NCBI GenBank assembly: GCA_049472335.1
Contig: JBLIRO010000092.1
Coordinates: forward strand, 1-17,461
Length of the DNA stretch: 17,461 nt
Source of the DNA: a bacterium
GTDB lineage: Bacteria; SZUA-182; DTGQ01; JAFGSM01
Reading direction: 5' to 3'
Shown here: positions 7,118-16,367 of the stretch, one piece after another
How the letters are laid out: each line of letters starts with the position of its first letter
Position numbering within the stretch: position 1 is the first letter of the stretch
Made by a program: the position numbers and the translations under genes
The notes under the pieces: model-generated
The model's database searches: none
What the model was told of the DNA's origin: nothing
What the model saw: only the letters and a program-made list of their open reading frames with translations

Positions 7118-9967
7118 ATGAACAAGAATCACTTAGTATACGTTGGAGTATTTATATTCTTTTTATTTGTTGCAGAAGTTTTACCTGCAAAGATGTGGTT
7201 GTCCCCTGAAGTAGTTGATAATACTGAATCAGCGGATCGCTTATATAATATCAGTGCTTCAATTAGTCGTTTTAAAAATCTATATGTGACGTGGGAAAAC
7301 GCCATCAACAAGGAAGAGGCTCATAGTTACAACTTATTTTGGAAACTACGTTTCAGTTCATTAGACTGGTCTGACACGACTCAGCTCACTTATGATCCAT
7401 TTGACGCTATCACTGGTCATAAGCCTCCCAATATGGATACAAACCTTGGATGGTACTCAGGTGATAATGTCTATTTAACTTATAGCTCACTCGATGAAGG
7501 GTATATCCTCATACATATGGATACTGGTGCTAAATCTACGATCGATACAGGCTTCTGTGCCGCAATTGAAAGCGGTGCGGCGTTAGCTACTGAAGATCCA
7601 TATGATTACCATGTACTCTACCTTAAATGCCCAGAGCGACGTCTGTATCACAAAAAGTTCATCGAGCCGCCTACTGATCATGGTTGGAGCACACCAACAG
7701 CACTCACAGAAGCAGGCATAATATTTTTTAGTTACGACATTGCCGTTGATGGAGACAGAAATATTCATGTTGTCTGGTCTGAAGCTGCGCCAGGTGATAT
7801 TATTCGAGCCAATCTAAAATATTTAAGACACACTGAAGCTGCAGGATGGGATGCTACAGCCACCTTACTTTCTGTCGCAACAACCATAACAGGTGTACAA
7901 GTAGAGGCCGATTTTGACCGCAATGTACATGTTATTTGGAGAGAAACTGACTTCTCTGATCATCCAACGGAGGATATCTTTTATAAAACCTGGCGTGTTG
8001 GTGTATGGAGCCCGGATGTGAATCTCTCAAGCGGTGATGAGCATGGTGGCGATCCCAGTATGGCCATAACATTGGATAATAATGTTCATATAGTATGGAC
8101 TGCAACAGACAGAAGAATAGCTTACCGCAAATGGGATGGTGACTGGCAGCCAATCGTGCACTTGAGTGAAGGAACTGCATCCCATCCATTTATTACCTCT
8201 GGTAAATCGAACAATCTATATCTTTTATACTCGGCCGGTAAGCCGCCGTCACCTGTAGACACACAACTCATGCTCATTCGCTATGATAATCCATCGGCGC
8301 ATACACCTGTTGGATCAGATGTTAGGATTGACCTTGAAGGTCATTCAATCACATTCAATGAAGTGACTGAAGCGGGTGCTACAACCATCACCAGCAAATC
8401 AGAAGGTTCCGAACTATCATTTGGCTATAGCCTTGCTTGTACACCACCTCAGTATTTCGAAATAGAAACCACTGCCAGCCATAGTGGACCTGTCGATATA
8501 TGCCTTGCCTACGAAGATAGCGTTTGTGATGAATCAGAGCTTCAAATTCTGCATAATCTTGGAGACAGGTGGGAAGACATCACAACAAATGTCGATACTG
8601 AAAATAATATAATCTGTGGCATGGTGTTTTTCCTGTCTGAATTTGTTTTGGCACGTCAAGATCCTAACATAGAGATTTGTGATGGCATAGACAATAACCA
8701 TGACGGAGAGATCGATGAAGGTTTTGATATAGGAGCGGAATGCACAGCAGGTGAAGGCATATGTATGTCAACAGGGCAGATGGTATGCAAGCAGGACGGA
8801 ACAGGCACAGAGTGTGATGCAGTGCCCGGTGATCCTAACACTGAGATCTGTGATGGCATAGATAATGACTGTGATGGAGTTATTGATGATCCCAATGAGC
8901 TAACCTACGAGACCTATTATCTTGATGAAGACGGTGATGGTTATGGAGATCCCAACAAGAGTGAGTATGCCTGCAAACCGCCCTCTGAGAATCATGTATT
9001 AGTGAATGAAGACTGTGATGATGAGAATCCCAATATCAATCCATCCGCAGAAGAGGTCTATGACAGCATTGACAACGACTGCAAGGACGGGCCTGATGAT
9101 CATTGTTATTTTGTGACCGATCTCATCGCCACAGGACAGGACTACACCGGATCTCCACAAACGGAGTACGTAGAGTTCGGGCTGGATTCGGCATTAGCCG
9201 GTGAAATCGTGGATCCAAACAACTGGTCTACGGATAATATGGTGCGGCTGCAATTGATCGATTCTGATGCTAACATAACGGATCCAAATACCTTTACCGA
9301 TTATGACCACCTCGTATTTGATGTGCGTGACGCAAATGGACAGACCAAGCTTGCCTGGTACGTGCTGGTTGAAATAGGTGATGCGGCAGATCCCAATCTT
9401 CCTGATTATTATCCGATGCTTAGTTGGGATCCCAATAATTTTGGTTGCGCAGAAGTCAATGGTAAGGAATATGTGTATCAGCTAATAAGAGGATTAGGCG
9501 ATAGTGGAGAAGTGCTCGTCGAAAACATGCTAAACACGAATTCTTACTATACTGGTTCCCAGGATGGGGATCCTGTTCAGTATTTTACGATCCTGTGGAT
9601 GACGCCAATAATACCAATACCACCACCAAGGCATCATAGACATATGTTTCCGTACCCAGGTGTATTCCCACGTTCTCTGGGTTGGGTGGGTTTCTCCTTT
9701 ACAGGAGGATTTCCCGGAGGATTGCCATTTCCCTCAGGGTCAGGATATGCATCGGGATTAAGCATACCCAGCTTTCCCGGTACTATTACTGGGTTTGCCT
9801 ATCCAGGGTCCTCGTATACGGCGTGGACACCATTTGTACCCAGATTCCCCTCGACATTTCCTACACTTGGATTAATACCGCCCTTTGGACAAGGTTGGCC
9901 TTTTAATTACTGGAGTGGATTTCCCACTACAGGTTTTTACCCGACAGGGTGGTTCTATAGGTATTGA
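7118..9967 (+). CDS. Large secreted multidomain protein: propeller-like repeats, beta-sandwich, MopE-type putative metal-binding repeats, G/P/aromatic C-terminal tail
   Basis: Start moved to ATG 7118 after SD AAGGAG; signal MNKNHLVYVGVFIFFLFVAEVLPA; repeats DRNIHVVW/DRNVHVIW/DNNVHIVW; motifs EICDGIDNNHDGEIDE, EICDGIDNDCDGVIDD, YYLDEDGDGYGD, DCDD..PNINP.AEE..D.IDNDC. Confidence 0.9.
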   Translation: MNKNHLVYVGVFIFFLFVAEVLPAKMWLSPEVVDNTESADRLYNISASISRFKNLYVTWENAINKEEAHSYNLFWKLRFSSLDWSDTTQLTYDPFDAITGHKPPNMDTNLGWYSGDNVYLTYSSLDEGYILIHMDTGAKSTIDTGFCAAIESGAALATEDPYDYHVLYLKCPERRLYHKKFIEPPTDHGWSTPTALTEAGIIFFSYDIAVDGDRNIHVVWSEAAPGDIIRANLKYLRHTEAAGWDATATLLSVATTITGVQVEADFDRNVHVIWRETDFSDHPTEDIFYKTWRVGVWSPDVNLSSGDEHGGDPSMAITLDNNVHIVWTATDRRIAYRKWDGDWQPIVHLSEGTASHPFITSGKSNNLYLLYSAGKPPSPVDTQLMLIRYDNPSAHTPVGSDVRIDLEGHSITFNEVTEAGATTITSKSEGSELSFGYSLACTPPQYFEIETTASHSGPVDICLAYEDSVCDESELQILHNLGDRWEDITTNVDTENNIICGMVFFLSEFVLARQDPNIEICDGIDNNHDGEIDEGFDIGAECTAGEGICMSTGQMVCKQDGTGTECDAVPGDPNTEICDGIDNDCDGVIDDPNELTYETYYLDEDGDGYGDPNKSEYACKPPSENHVLVNEDCDDENPNINPSAEEVYDSIDNDCKDGPDDHCYFVTDLIATGQDYTGSPQTEYVEFGLDSALAGEIVDPNNWSTDNMVRLQLIDSDANITDPNTFTDYDHLVFDVRDANGQTKLAWYVLVEIGDAADPNLPDYYPMLSWDPNNFGCAEVNGKEYVYQLIRGLGDSGEVLVENMLNTNSYYTGSQDGDPVQYFTILWMTPIIPIPPPRHHRHMFPYPGVFPRSLGWVGFSFTGGFPGGLPFPSGSGYASGLSIPSFPGTITGFAYPGSSYTAWTPFVPRFPSTFPTLGLIPPFGQGWPFNYWSGFPTTGFYPTGWFYRY

Positions 9968-10377
9968 TAATGAGATAAGGTATTCTAAAAAGAAAGCCTT
10001 TAGAATAAAGGAGGGATGATAATAATAATTAAGTAAGAATTTGCTTTCCTGGATAAAAGTATACGCAGAACCTTTAGCTTTTATCAAGACAAATATTTAA
10101 AAAAAATTTAGCAGAAAATGAAAAGAAGTATAATTTATAAGAGAGAGTGATCAGCAATGCACTGATAAAACGGGATCTTTTGAGGAGACCGAGCACGATA
10201 TATGCCCATCTGTTTTGCCATTTCGGGTAAGAAGATGAAGAGATTTTTTGATGAGAAATCACAAATAGAGACAACATATGTTACCTTCAACACCATCTTT
10301 TTTACTCAGCACTCAATTAAACTAATAGCGAATAATCACCCTGTTAACAAAATTTCATCAAAAGGCAAGGGGTAGAA

Positions 10378-10709
10378 GTGGATGAAGATGCTTTTAATTC
10401 CAAAATTAAAAAACTGGCTGAGGTCATCGATTTGATGTACGAAGGCCAAGGACCCGATTTATTAGGCATTTGCGAAATTGAAAATAAAGATGTAGCCGAG
10501 CGGCTAAAAGATGCCTGTTCAAGAAAAGATGACTTCGATATAGCCATATTGATTCTCGGGATATTCGTGGAATCGATACATTCTTAATTTATTCAAAAAG
10601 TATTTTTAAAATCGTTGGGGATTCCAAGGGCCATAATGTACATCTTCTTTATCCAACAAGAGAGATCTTTCAGGTAAATCTGAAAATTATTCTCGACAGT
10701 ATTCCCTGA
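10378..10709 (+). pseudogene. Endonuclease/exonuclease/phosphatase (EEP) family fragment with a frameshift
   Basis: KIKKLAEVI...GPDLLGICEIENKDV in one frame continues after a frameshift near 10545 as HIDSRDIRGIDTFLIYS...YPTREIFQVNL; these are EEP motifs. Both ends are missing. Confidence 0.8.
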
Positions 10710-10793
10710 AGCTGCGGTTATATATATGTATGAGAGGGGAGTAGGATATTCGCGAGTAAGAGGTGACGAAGATCTGGAAGTCGGTAGGGGATA

Positions 10794-11099
10794 TTGGATC
10801 CTTATTTAACATTTAATGGCAGAATAGCTGTGGTCACTTCTTTATCTGGTACGGGGGCTGTTTTTGAATTGAGAGTTGATGATACGGCTACTAATGGCAG
10901 GGCAAGGGCAAGCTTTAAACCTTCTGAAGTAGGTTTTGATGGTATCCCTGTAAGTATAACAGGTATTTTTACAGGATTGGGTGCAGGATCACATACAGTT
11001 AGTATCTGGGTGCAGGCAAAGTATGGAGATGTCGTAGATGCTATGGTTGATCCCTGTTGCTGGAGTAGTGATCATATTGTCATTAAAGAATTCCAATAA
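10794..11099 (+). pseudogene. C-terminal beta-sandwich fragment of an extracellular protein
   Basis: Protein-like sequence (FELRVDD, ITGIFTGLGAGSHTVSIWV), but only a TTG start and no signal peptide; looks 5'-truncated. Confidence 0.5.
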
Positions 11100-11139
11100 A
11101 GGTATATTAGAAATCCAAACAGTCGGATATTAATGATGC

Positions 11140-11397
11140 TCAGCCGACGGTTGTGAAAAAACCCAGGCTGAGCATCTTAAAACTGAAAGAAGGTGACAAT
11201 AGGATTAAAATCAAAGTGATAGATACAAAAGGTACCCATGGGAAAGGGAAGTCCATATTACAAGAAAAATAAAGCAAATCCGCAAAATAAACCAGAGATG
11301 GAGGTTTGCTTACATTGAAATGGACGACATTTCTCCTTTTGTGCCAGATAATGACACAAACGAACAGGATTTTAAATGTTGTTGTTGGTACTGTTGA
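11140..11397 (+). pseudogene. Frameshifted Ig-like domain fragment
   Basis: LKLKEGDNRIKIKVIDTKG, then a frame change to WEREVHITRK; matches the L.EG.N.I.I...D..G pattern of Ig-like beta-sandwich modules. Confidence 0.45.
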
Positions 11398-11405
11398 CAC
11401 CAAAT

Positions 11406-11437
11406 AAGTACCCGATGCAGATATGCACCGGGTACTT
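11406..11437 (-). terminator. Probable intrinsic terminator hairpin for the 13706-11465 operon
   Basis: Minus strand AAGTACCCGGTGCA-TATC-TGCATCGGGTACTT-ATTT; fully paired with one G-U on this strand; ~28 nt after the stop at 11465. Confidence 0.75.
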
Positions 11438-11464
11438 TCTTATGGATCTATCTATTGTTTAGAA

Positions 11465-12526
11465 TTAGTATACAGGAGTATAATCATCGCAATAATCCTT
11501 TAAAAAGATTTCATCACCGGTGACAAGACTGATCATATCCATATAGGGTCTGGGTTCATCATCAGAATTAATATAGACATCATATTCTACAATTAGGATA
11601 GGGATCAACTCATCACTTGCCTGGTACCATGCTTCGGTAACATCTTTAACAATCGCTTTAGTGCCATTACCGGACATAAAGGATATCCTGCCTTTTACTT
11701 TTGAAATTACATCAGACGGCTCAAAAAGTCTTTCCGCTTGTAATGCTTTTTTACTTTTGTACCATCTGTTTCCTTCTTCTAAGGGAGTCCAGTTGAAATG
11801 GTTTAATTCAATGATTTCCTTTGTATCCGGAAAAATACCGACCGATATTTGAGAGTTGACTACCGGTTTACCAGCAAAAGACCGGCGAAAAACAACGTTC
11901 TGCTGAACAATAAAATCCTGATCTTCTCCTTCTGTAGCTCCTTCCTCGTTGAGTATGGTGTTACAAACTTCAATTTCTCCGATTCTGTCTAACCGGGTCT
12001 CCGACAAAAAGTTGTTTTTCAGGATATACTTTTTAGCAAGAGGGATAATTTGATTGTCGTCAAGTTTGGTTGTTGCTTTGTTTTCCTTGAAATTGAGAAA
12101 CTTGAAATAGGTGGTTCCCTCTCGGTAAAGGACTCTATCAGGTTCTCCATTTTCCTCACTTTGTTTCTGGATAAAGGGATTGTTATTAAGTAATTCTGTC
12201 TCATCAGTTAATAAGCGGATCATTGGCGTATCTGTCACCATTGTATAGGATGTCCGTTTGAATCGCTTACTCTCCCTGACGGATGCCTCTTCAATATTAA
12301 AAGAGTATGAAACCCACTTTTGCATTTTAACCCTATTTCCCTCCTCCTTTTCTTTATCAATAGGGATAATTACGCGTTCTTTTTTTGTGATGGAGCCTAT
12401 TGATTGCGTTATCTTTTTGTTCATAATAATATCAAGTGCAAGTCCATTGTGTGCCAATATAAGAGAGGAAAAAATTGTTAGTGAAAAAATTGCTAGTACA
12501 AAAATTGCTTTTATTGTTAGTTTCAT
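11465..12526 (-). CDS. Secreted hypothetical protein with FTP/PepSY-propeptide-like or YcdB-like character
   Basis: SD AAGGAG; signal MKLTIKAIFVLAIFSLTIFSSLILA; segments AKKYILKNNFL, VVFRRSFAGKPVVNSQISVGI and ISLVTGDEI are reminiscent of propeptide-type folds. The domain call is tentative. Confidence 0.8.
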   Translation of the reverse strand: MKLTIKAIFVLAIFSLTIFSSLILAHNGLALDIIMNKKITQSIGSITKKERVIIPIDKEKEEGNRVKMQKWVSYSFNIEEASVRESKRFKRTSYTMVTDTPMIRLLTDETELLNNNPFIQKQSEENGEPDRVLYREGTTYFKFLNFKENKATTKLDDNQIIPLAKKYILKNNFLSETRLDRIGEIEVCNTILNEEGATEGEDQDFIVQQNVVFRRSFAGKPVVNSQISVGIFPDTKEIIELNHFNWTPLEEGNRWYKSKKALQAERLFEPSDVISKVKGRISFMSGNGTKAIVKDVTEAWYQASDELIPILIVEYDVYINSDDEPRPYMDMISLVTGDEIFLKDYCDDYTPVY

Positions 12527-12569
12527 AACGAATTCTCCTTATGAGTTAATACTTTGTCGTTATTGGTTA

Positions 12570-13706
12570 TTAATCACCTAAATAGTATGCATCAATAAGG
12601 TATTCAGGATCCCCATAACGGTAATCAATACTGTTATGGTGTGATATTGTTTCGTATCTATGCGGTCGCACATAAAAAACACAGGGCTTATTACCGCTGG
12701 TATGGCTTCGGTTATCAACAGCGGCTTTATACCAGGCGTATTTTACACTATAGCCGTCTTCAAGGTTTTCTGCAAAATCATCGGCAGCAGACGGACCGGC
12801 GCCAACGGTGCCATTGTAGTGATTGGTCCTGTATCCCATAGCGACATGAAGACCTGAGAATGGTTTGTCATCTGTACTGGAGGACATCTTCCATCGGGAG
12901 CGCCAGTCTGTATCGTTCTTAAGTACTTGACATGAATGGAAAACGATATATTCCAGATCACCAGTGCCGCCGCTGGAGGAGAAACTACCCCACGCATAAT
13001 TTGACAGGCTGCAACTGCCTTCAGTATCCTTCAGTGTAATTGACGAAACATTTCCATGGCCGGCTAGATAGACCAGATCTACTGAATCTGCATAGGAGAG
13101 GTGGCTTGAGCCAAGCATATAACAACGACCCCAATAGTACTGGGTACGGTCCCATGTATTATCAAATTCACTGATAAATGCCCAAACATAGTCCACAAAA
13201 CGGTCTTCTTCGTTTGATACATATCCGGCAAACTGGTCATCAACATCTTCATACTTTCGCAGGTACACTTTAAACATTGCACCATTTTTGGGTGTGAGAT
13301 ACCGGATTGTTGACGTTGCCTGCTGCCAGAAAAAATCTCTGTTGGTTGAGCTTTCTATTCCCAGATCCAGATCACAAGACCAGGTCCCTCGTATGGTCAG
13401 GTCAGAACCCGAACTATATGTCGTCCCATTGGAATTATAGGTTTTCCACTTTATTTTGATATTATACCCATATTCCATTACAATGAATTTGCCATACCGA
13501 CCGCTATTAGTTTTGTAAACAACAATCGATCCCATAGACAGGTGATTACTACTGTTGGCACTCCCGTTTATCTGATTGGTTGACATCGTTTGTGCTTTAA
13601 TCGTGTTAAAGCTTAAATAATTGAATTCCTTTGATTGTCCAAACACATGGCTGGACAATACTAAACATAACAAGGTGCTTATAATAAATACTTTCATTTT
13701 CATCAT
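12570..13706 (-). CDS. Secreted DUF6345-like protein, putative caspase/gingipain-fold (clan CD) cysteine peptidase
   Basis: SD AAGGAG; signal peptide ending VFG|Q; motifs ADSVDLVYLAGHG, WG...DLEYIVFHSCQVL, FSGLHVAMGY, FAENL..G.SVKYAW give a GHG...SC His/Cys dyad pattern; extra N-terminal module (YKTNSGRYGK, GTWSCDLD, DFFWQQ). Confidence 0.8.
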   Translation of the reverse strand: MMKMKVFIISTLLCLVLSSHVFGQSKEFNYLSFNTIKAQTMSTNQINGSANSSNHLSMGSIVVYKTNSGRYGKFIVMEYGYNIKIKWKTYNSNGTTYSSGSDLTIRGTWSCDLDLGIESSTNRDFFWQQATSTIRYLTPKNGAMFKVYLRKYEDVDDQFAGYVSNEEDRFVDYVWAFISEFDNTWDRTQYYWGRCYMLGSSHLSYADSVDLVYLAGHGNVSSITLKDTEGSCSLSNYAWGSFSSSGGTGDLEYIVFHSCQVLKNDTDWRSRWKMSSSTDDKPFSGLHVAMGYRTNHYNGTVGAGPSAADDFAENLEDGYSVKYAWYKAAVDNRSHTSGNKPCVFYVRPHRYETISHHNSIDYRYGDPEYLIDAYYLGD

Positions 13707-14790
13707 GTACTCCTTATCCTATTGTTAATGTTATTAACTTAAGCATTTAGGATTTAAAATATCCTGTTCTTAAAGAAACAATCAGAAAAATTTGAATCTT
13801 AATTTAATGAGATTGGTCCCAAAGTTACCTGTTTGCTCTCATATTTACAGAGTTTTACTTTCCTCCCATTCACTGAGGCCCTTTTGTATCGTAATTCGTT
13901 ATCAGCCTTATGAATCGATCTACATTTTCAAATGTATGGTTATTTGTCTACGCTGCAACTGTATTATTCTGTCGTGTAGTGAATGGATACCCTGTGACCA
14001 AAACTAAAAAGTCAGATAAAATATGATATTTGAAATGAAATGACTTTTTAATTAAAGTTTTCATTTTAGACTCTTCTTGACTTTGTTAACATTAAAAGGT
14101 TGTAACTATAATTTTTAACTATACAATTATCACTAATAAAAATGATGGAATTGTTTGGATAAAATCTCCTTATATTTTAATAAGTATATTTATTCCATTT
14201 AATGCCCTCCTTGTAACAAATGATGAAGCTTGATAATTTTCGAGAATAAAAAATTATATATAAAATCACCTCCTTTCTTTTAATAATAAAAGACTTCTGC
14301 AATATAAATAACTCATTAAATATCAATATTTTATATTAATATTTAATTTGTATTTTCCTCCGTGTTTGATATGATATAACTCGTTACAAAACATAAAGTT
14401 ACACCAAACAACAGAGGAAAATATCGTGAAAAATTTTCAATTATCACTTTTATAATTTTCAGGCTTTTATTCAATCATCCAACTTTTATCGAAAATACTA
14501 TTCGCTTTATAAAACCCAATTATGTACCTGGATATTATTGAGGATGATCGCTCAAAGGGGGTTAAGATATAGGATTCTTTTTAAAAATGTATCGTCTTAA
14601 ACTGGAAGTGGAATAGTATTTTGAACAGTTGTTTGACCGAAAGGCAGAGCAAACACATTAAACGTTAAGGTCTATTCAAAGCCAAATATGAAAAAAGGCT
14701 AAATTCTCCAATTCATTCATATTAAAATCCAATAGCGGCTTTACTAGTTCCTTCAGAAAAATATTAAAACTAATGTTGATTCAATTATAA

Positions 14791-14825
14791 AATGAATATT
14801 ACCACTCTTGGTGGAGTGATTCATT
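14791..14825 (-). promoter_or_regulatory. Conserved small hairpin downstream of the loaP remnant (copy 2)
   Basis: Minus strand AATGAATCACTCCACCAAGAGTGGTAATATTCATT; same core as 3917-3951, with a G-U to G-C change that preserves the outer stem. Confidence 0.6.
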
Positions 14826-14831
14826 CAAAAG

Positions 14832-14955
14832 TCAATGTACTCTAATTATATTTAACCAGAGTTGTATTAATTTCGGGATTGATTAACTTAATATGAACTT
14901 TAGCTTTATGTTTCTTTTTGTTTATAAATATTATAGATCCCTGAAAGTTTCTAAT
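14832..14955 (-). pseudogene. 3' remnant of a second LoaP-like NusG paralog
   Basis: Translates IRNFQGSIIFINKKKHKAKVHIKLINPEINTTL-(2-nt frameshift)-LNIIRVH*, versus LKYFNGTIIFVNKKKHKAKVRIKLFNHEFDTILGLNLIKIH* in the intact copy. The NGN domain is absent. Confidence 0.9.
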
Positions 14956-15033
14956 TTTGATACCTCAAAATTTTTTGGATAAAAAATATTTATTTGTGTT
15001 TTTATTGCGTTTTTAATAATTGATATTTAGTTA

Positions 15034-15049
15034 AGCAAGTTGTATACCA
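15034..15049 (-). promoter_or_regulatory. Sigma54 (-24/-12) promoter candidate facing the loaP remnant and DUF6345 operon
   Basis: Minus strand TGGTATACAACTTGCT, with GG-N10-GC spacing and TTGC. Confidence 0.65.
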
Positions 15050-15428
15050 AATTTATTTAAAGATATAAATCAAGGAATTGGCAATAATTAACATTTTATT
15101 TATTATATTTTGTTAGTGGATATATAATAATATATTTTTAAATATTGAGTATTTAATCAAAACAAAATTGTTAGCAATAAACTAATATTGTTTTTTTATT
15201 AACACTAGTCATTAATTTTGTCTTTTTCAAAAAGGGGTGTTATGTAGAAAGATAATCAGAGAAACTATAATCATGGAATGTCTCTTCAATTATTTTGTTT
15301 TCCCACGGCATCTTTGAGTAAATTCTTATGGTTATGGTTTAAGTGGACTTTGCCAGGGCATTTGAGTAAATGAGACCAAAAGAGGCACGTATATTAAACA
15401 ATGACGAAGTAATAGAATCATTAAAAAC

Positions 15429-15458
15429 TTGACTAAGTCGATAATAATAAAATATTAT
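15429..15458 (+). promoter_or_regulatory. Possible sigma70-type promoter upstream of the csp gene
   Basis: TTGACT-N18-TATTAT; weak evidence in AT-rich DNA. Confidence 0.3.
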
Positions 15459-15779
15459 AGGGCAATCATTATAGTGGTTCGAAGGCGTTAGTTATTATAA
15501 AAATGTAAATAATGTCTCAGAATGGGACGATTTGATATTCCCTGGCAGTCCGATATGGAAAGTTGTGACCTGATGAATGTGTCTGGAATGAGCGAAACCT
15601 ATTTAAAAAACCTATTTAGTAATTAAGTATTTAATAATTAATACGAATATAATACGTCTTGGAAAAATGTGGATAACCGTTTTATGTATACTACAGAATT
15701 ATTTTTGTATGGAAATTTTCTGCTGTTCGTTGAACGCTCTGTCTGCATTAAATATAAAATCGGAAGGAGGTGAATTATT

Positions 15780-15992
15780 ATGGCAGAGCGTGAAACCGGC
15801 ACAGTCAAATGGTTTAATGCTGAAAAGGGATTTGGTTTTATTACGCGCCAAGAGGGAAGTGATGTTTTTGTTCATTACAGCGCAATTAGTGGTTCCGGCT
15901 ACCGGTCTTTACAGGAAGACCAGAAGGTGGAGTTCTCGATCGTACAAGGGCAGAAAGGTCCCCAAGCGCAGGATGTAATCGTTTTATTTTGA
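15780..15992 (+). CDS. cspA: Cold-shock protein (CspA family)
   Basis: [15 protein letters not shown] (RNP1), DVFVHYSAI (RNP2), GQKGPQA; SD AAGGAGGTGA. The symbol is family-level only. Confidence 0.97.
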   Translation: MAERETGTVKWFNAEKGFGFITRQEGSDVFVHYSAISGSGYRSLQEDQKVEFSIVQGQKGPQAQDVIVLF

Positions 15993-16024
15993 TTATTTTA
16001 CTTTAGTAAAACTTAAAGCTTCAT

Positions 16025-16069
16025 AAAATCGTGCGACATAAAATTATCAGTGTCGCACGATTTTTTTTT
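16025..16069 (+). terminator. Intrinsic terminator after csp
   Basis: AAAATCGTGCGACA / TGTCGCACGATTTT stem followed by a T run. Confidence 0.92.
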
Positions 16070-16267
16070 AATCAGGGCTAATCAACAATGGCATAACTTC
16101 TTTAATTTACGGTACATAACACATTTTTCACCTAAGAACAGTCTTCCTTAATAAAGAGAACTATCTTTAATATCTTGTCTGAAGGAGACTCAATAAATTA
16201 TTCTTTTTTGTAACATTTAAATTTTTTGAAAGAGATTAAATGTGGTCGGGTATTTAAAAAAAAGCAT

Positions 16268-16317
16268 AGTCTTATTTTGAGACTATCCGAGATAAATACA
16301 CGTCCTATTTTGGGACA
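16268..16317. promoter_or_regulatory. Pair of 17-bp palindromic sites, candidate enhancer (UAS) for a sigma54 activator
   Basis: AGTCTTATTTTGAGACT (16268-16284) and CGTCCTATTTTGGGACA (16301-16317), 33 bp apart, 50-100 bp upstream of the -24 element; related site TGTCTCAGAATGGGACG at 15513-15529. Confidence 0.6.
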
Positions 16318-16367
16318 TTAAGAATTGTCTATAACAGTATCTCCTTATAATAATTGATGTTTTAAAA

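Noticed and set aside
11140..11403. Minus-strand 87-aa hydrophobic ORF
   Set aside because: Lies downstream of the terminator and is antisense to an Ig-like fragment.
13792..14065. ORF 13792-14007 (+) and a short minus-strand ORF MKTLIKKSF...
   Set aside because: No convincing SD or family motifs; the minus-strand one might be a decayed signal-peptide gene, but I cannot support that.
14630..14675. c-di-GMP-I riboswitch resemblance (GAAA loop, GCAAA, GGTCTA) on the plus strand
   Set aside because: Element order and stems do not fit the consensus, and G-U pairing favours the minus strand.
15541..15600. Hammerhead-ribozyme-like words GTC...CTGATGA...CGAAAC upstream of csp
   Set aside because: Stems I, II and III do not pair convincingly; an Infernal search with hammerhead models would settle it.
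15667..15978. 103-aa ORF overlapping csp
   Set aside because: Alternate frame of the well-supported cold-shock gene.
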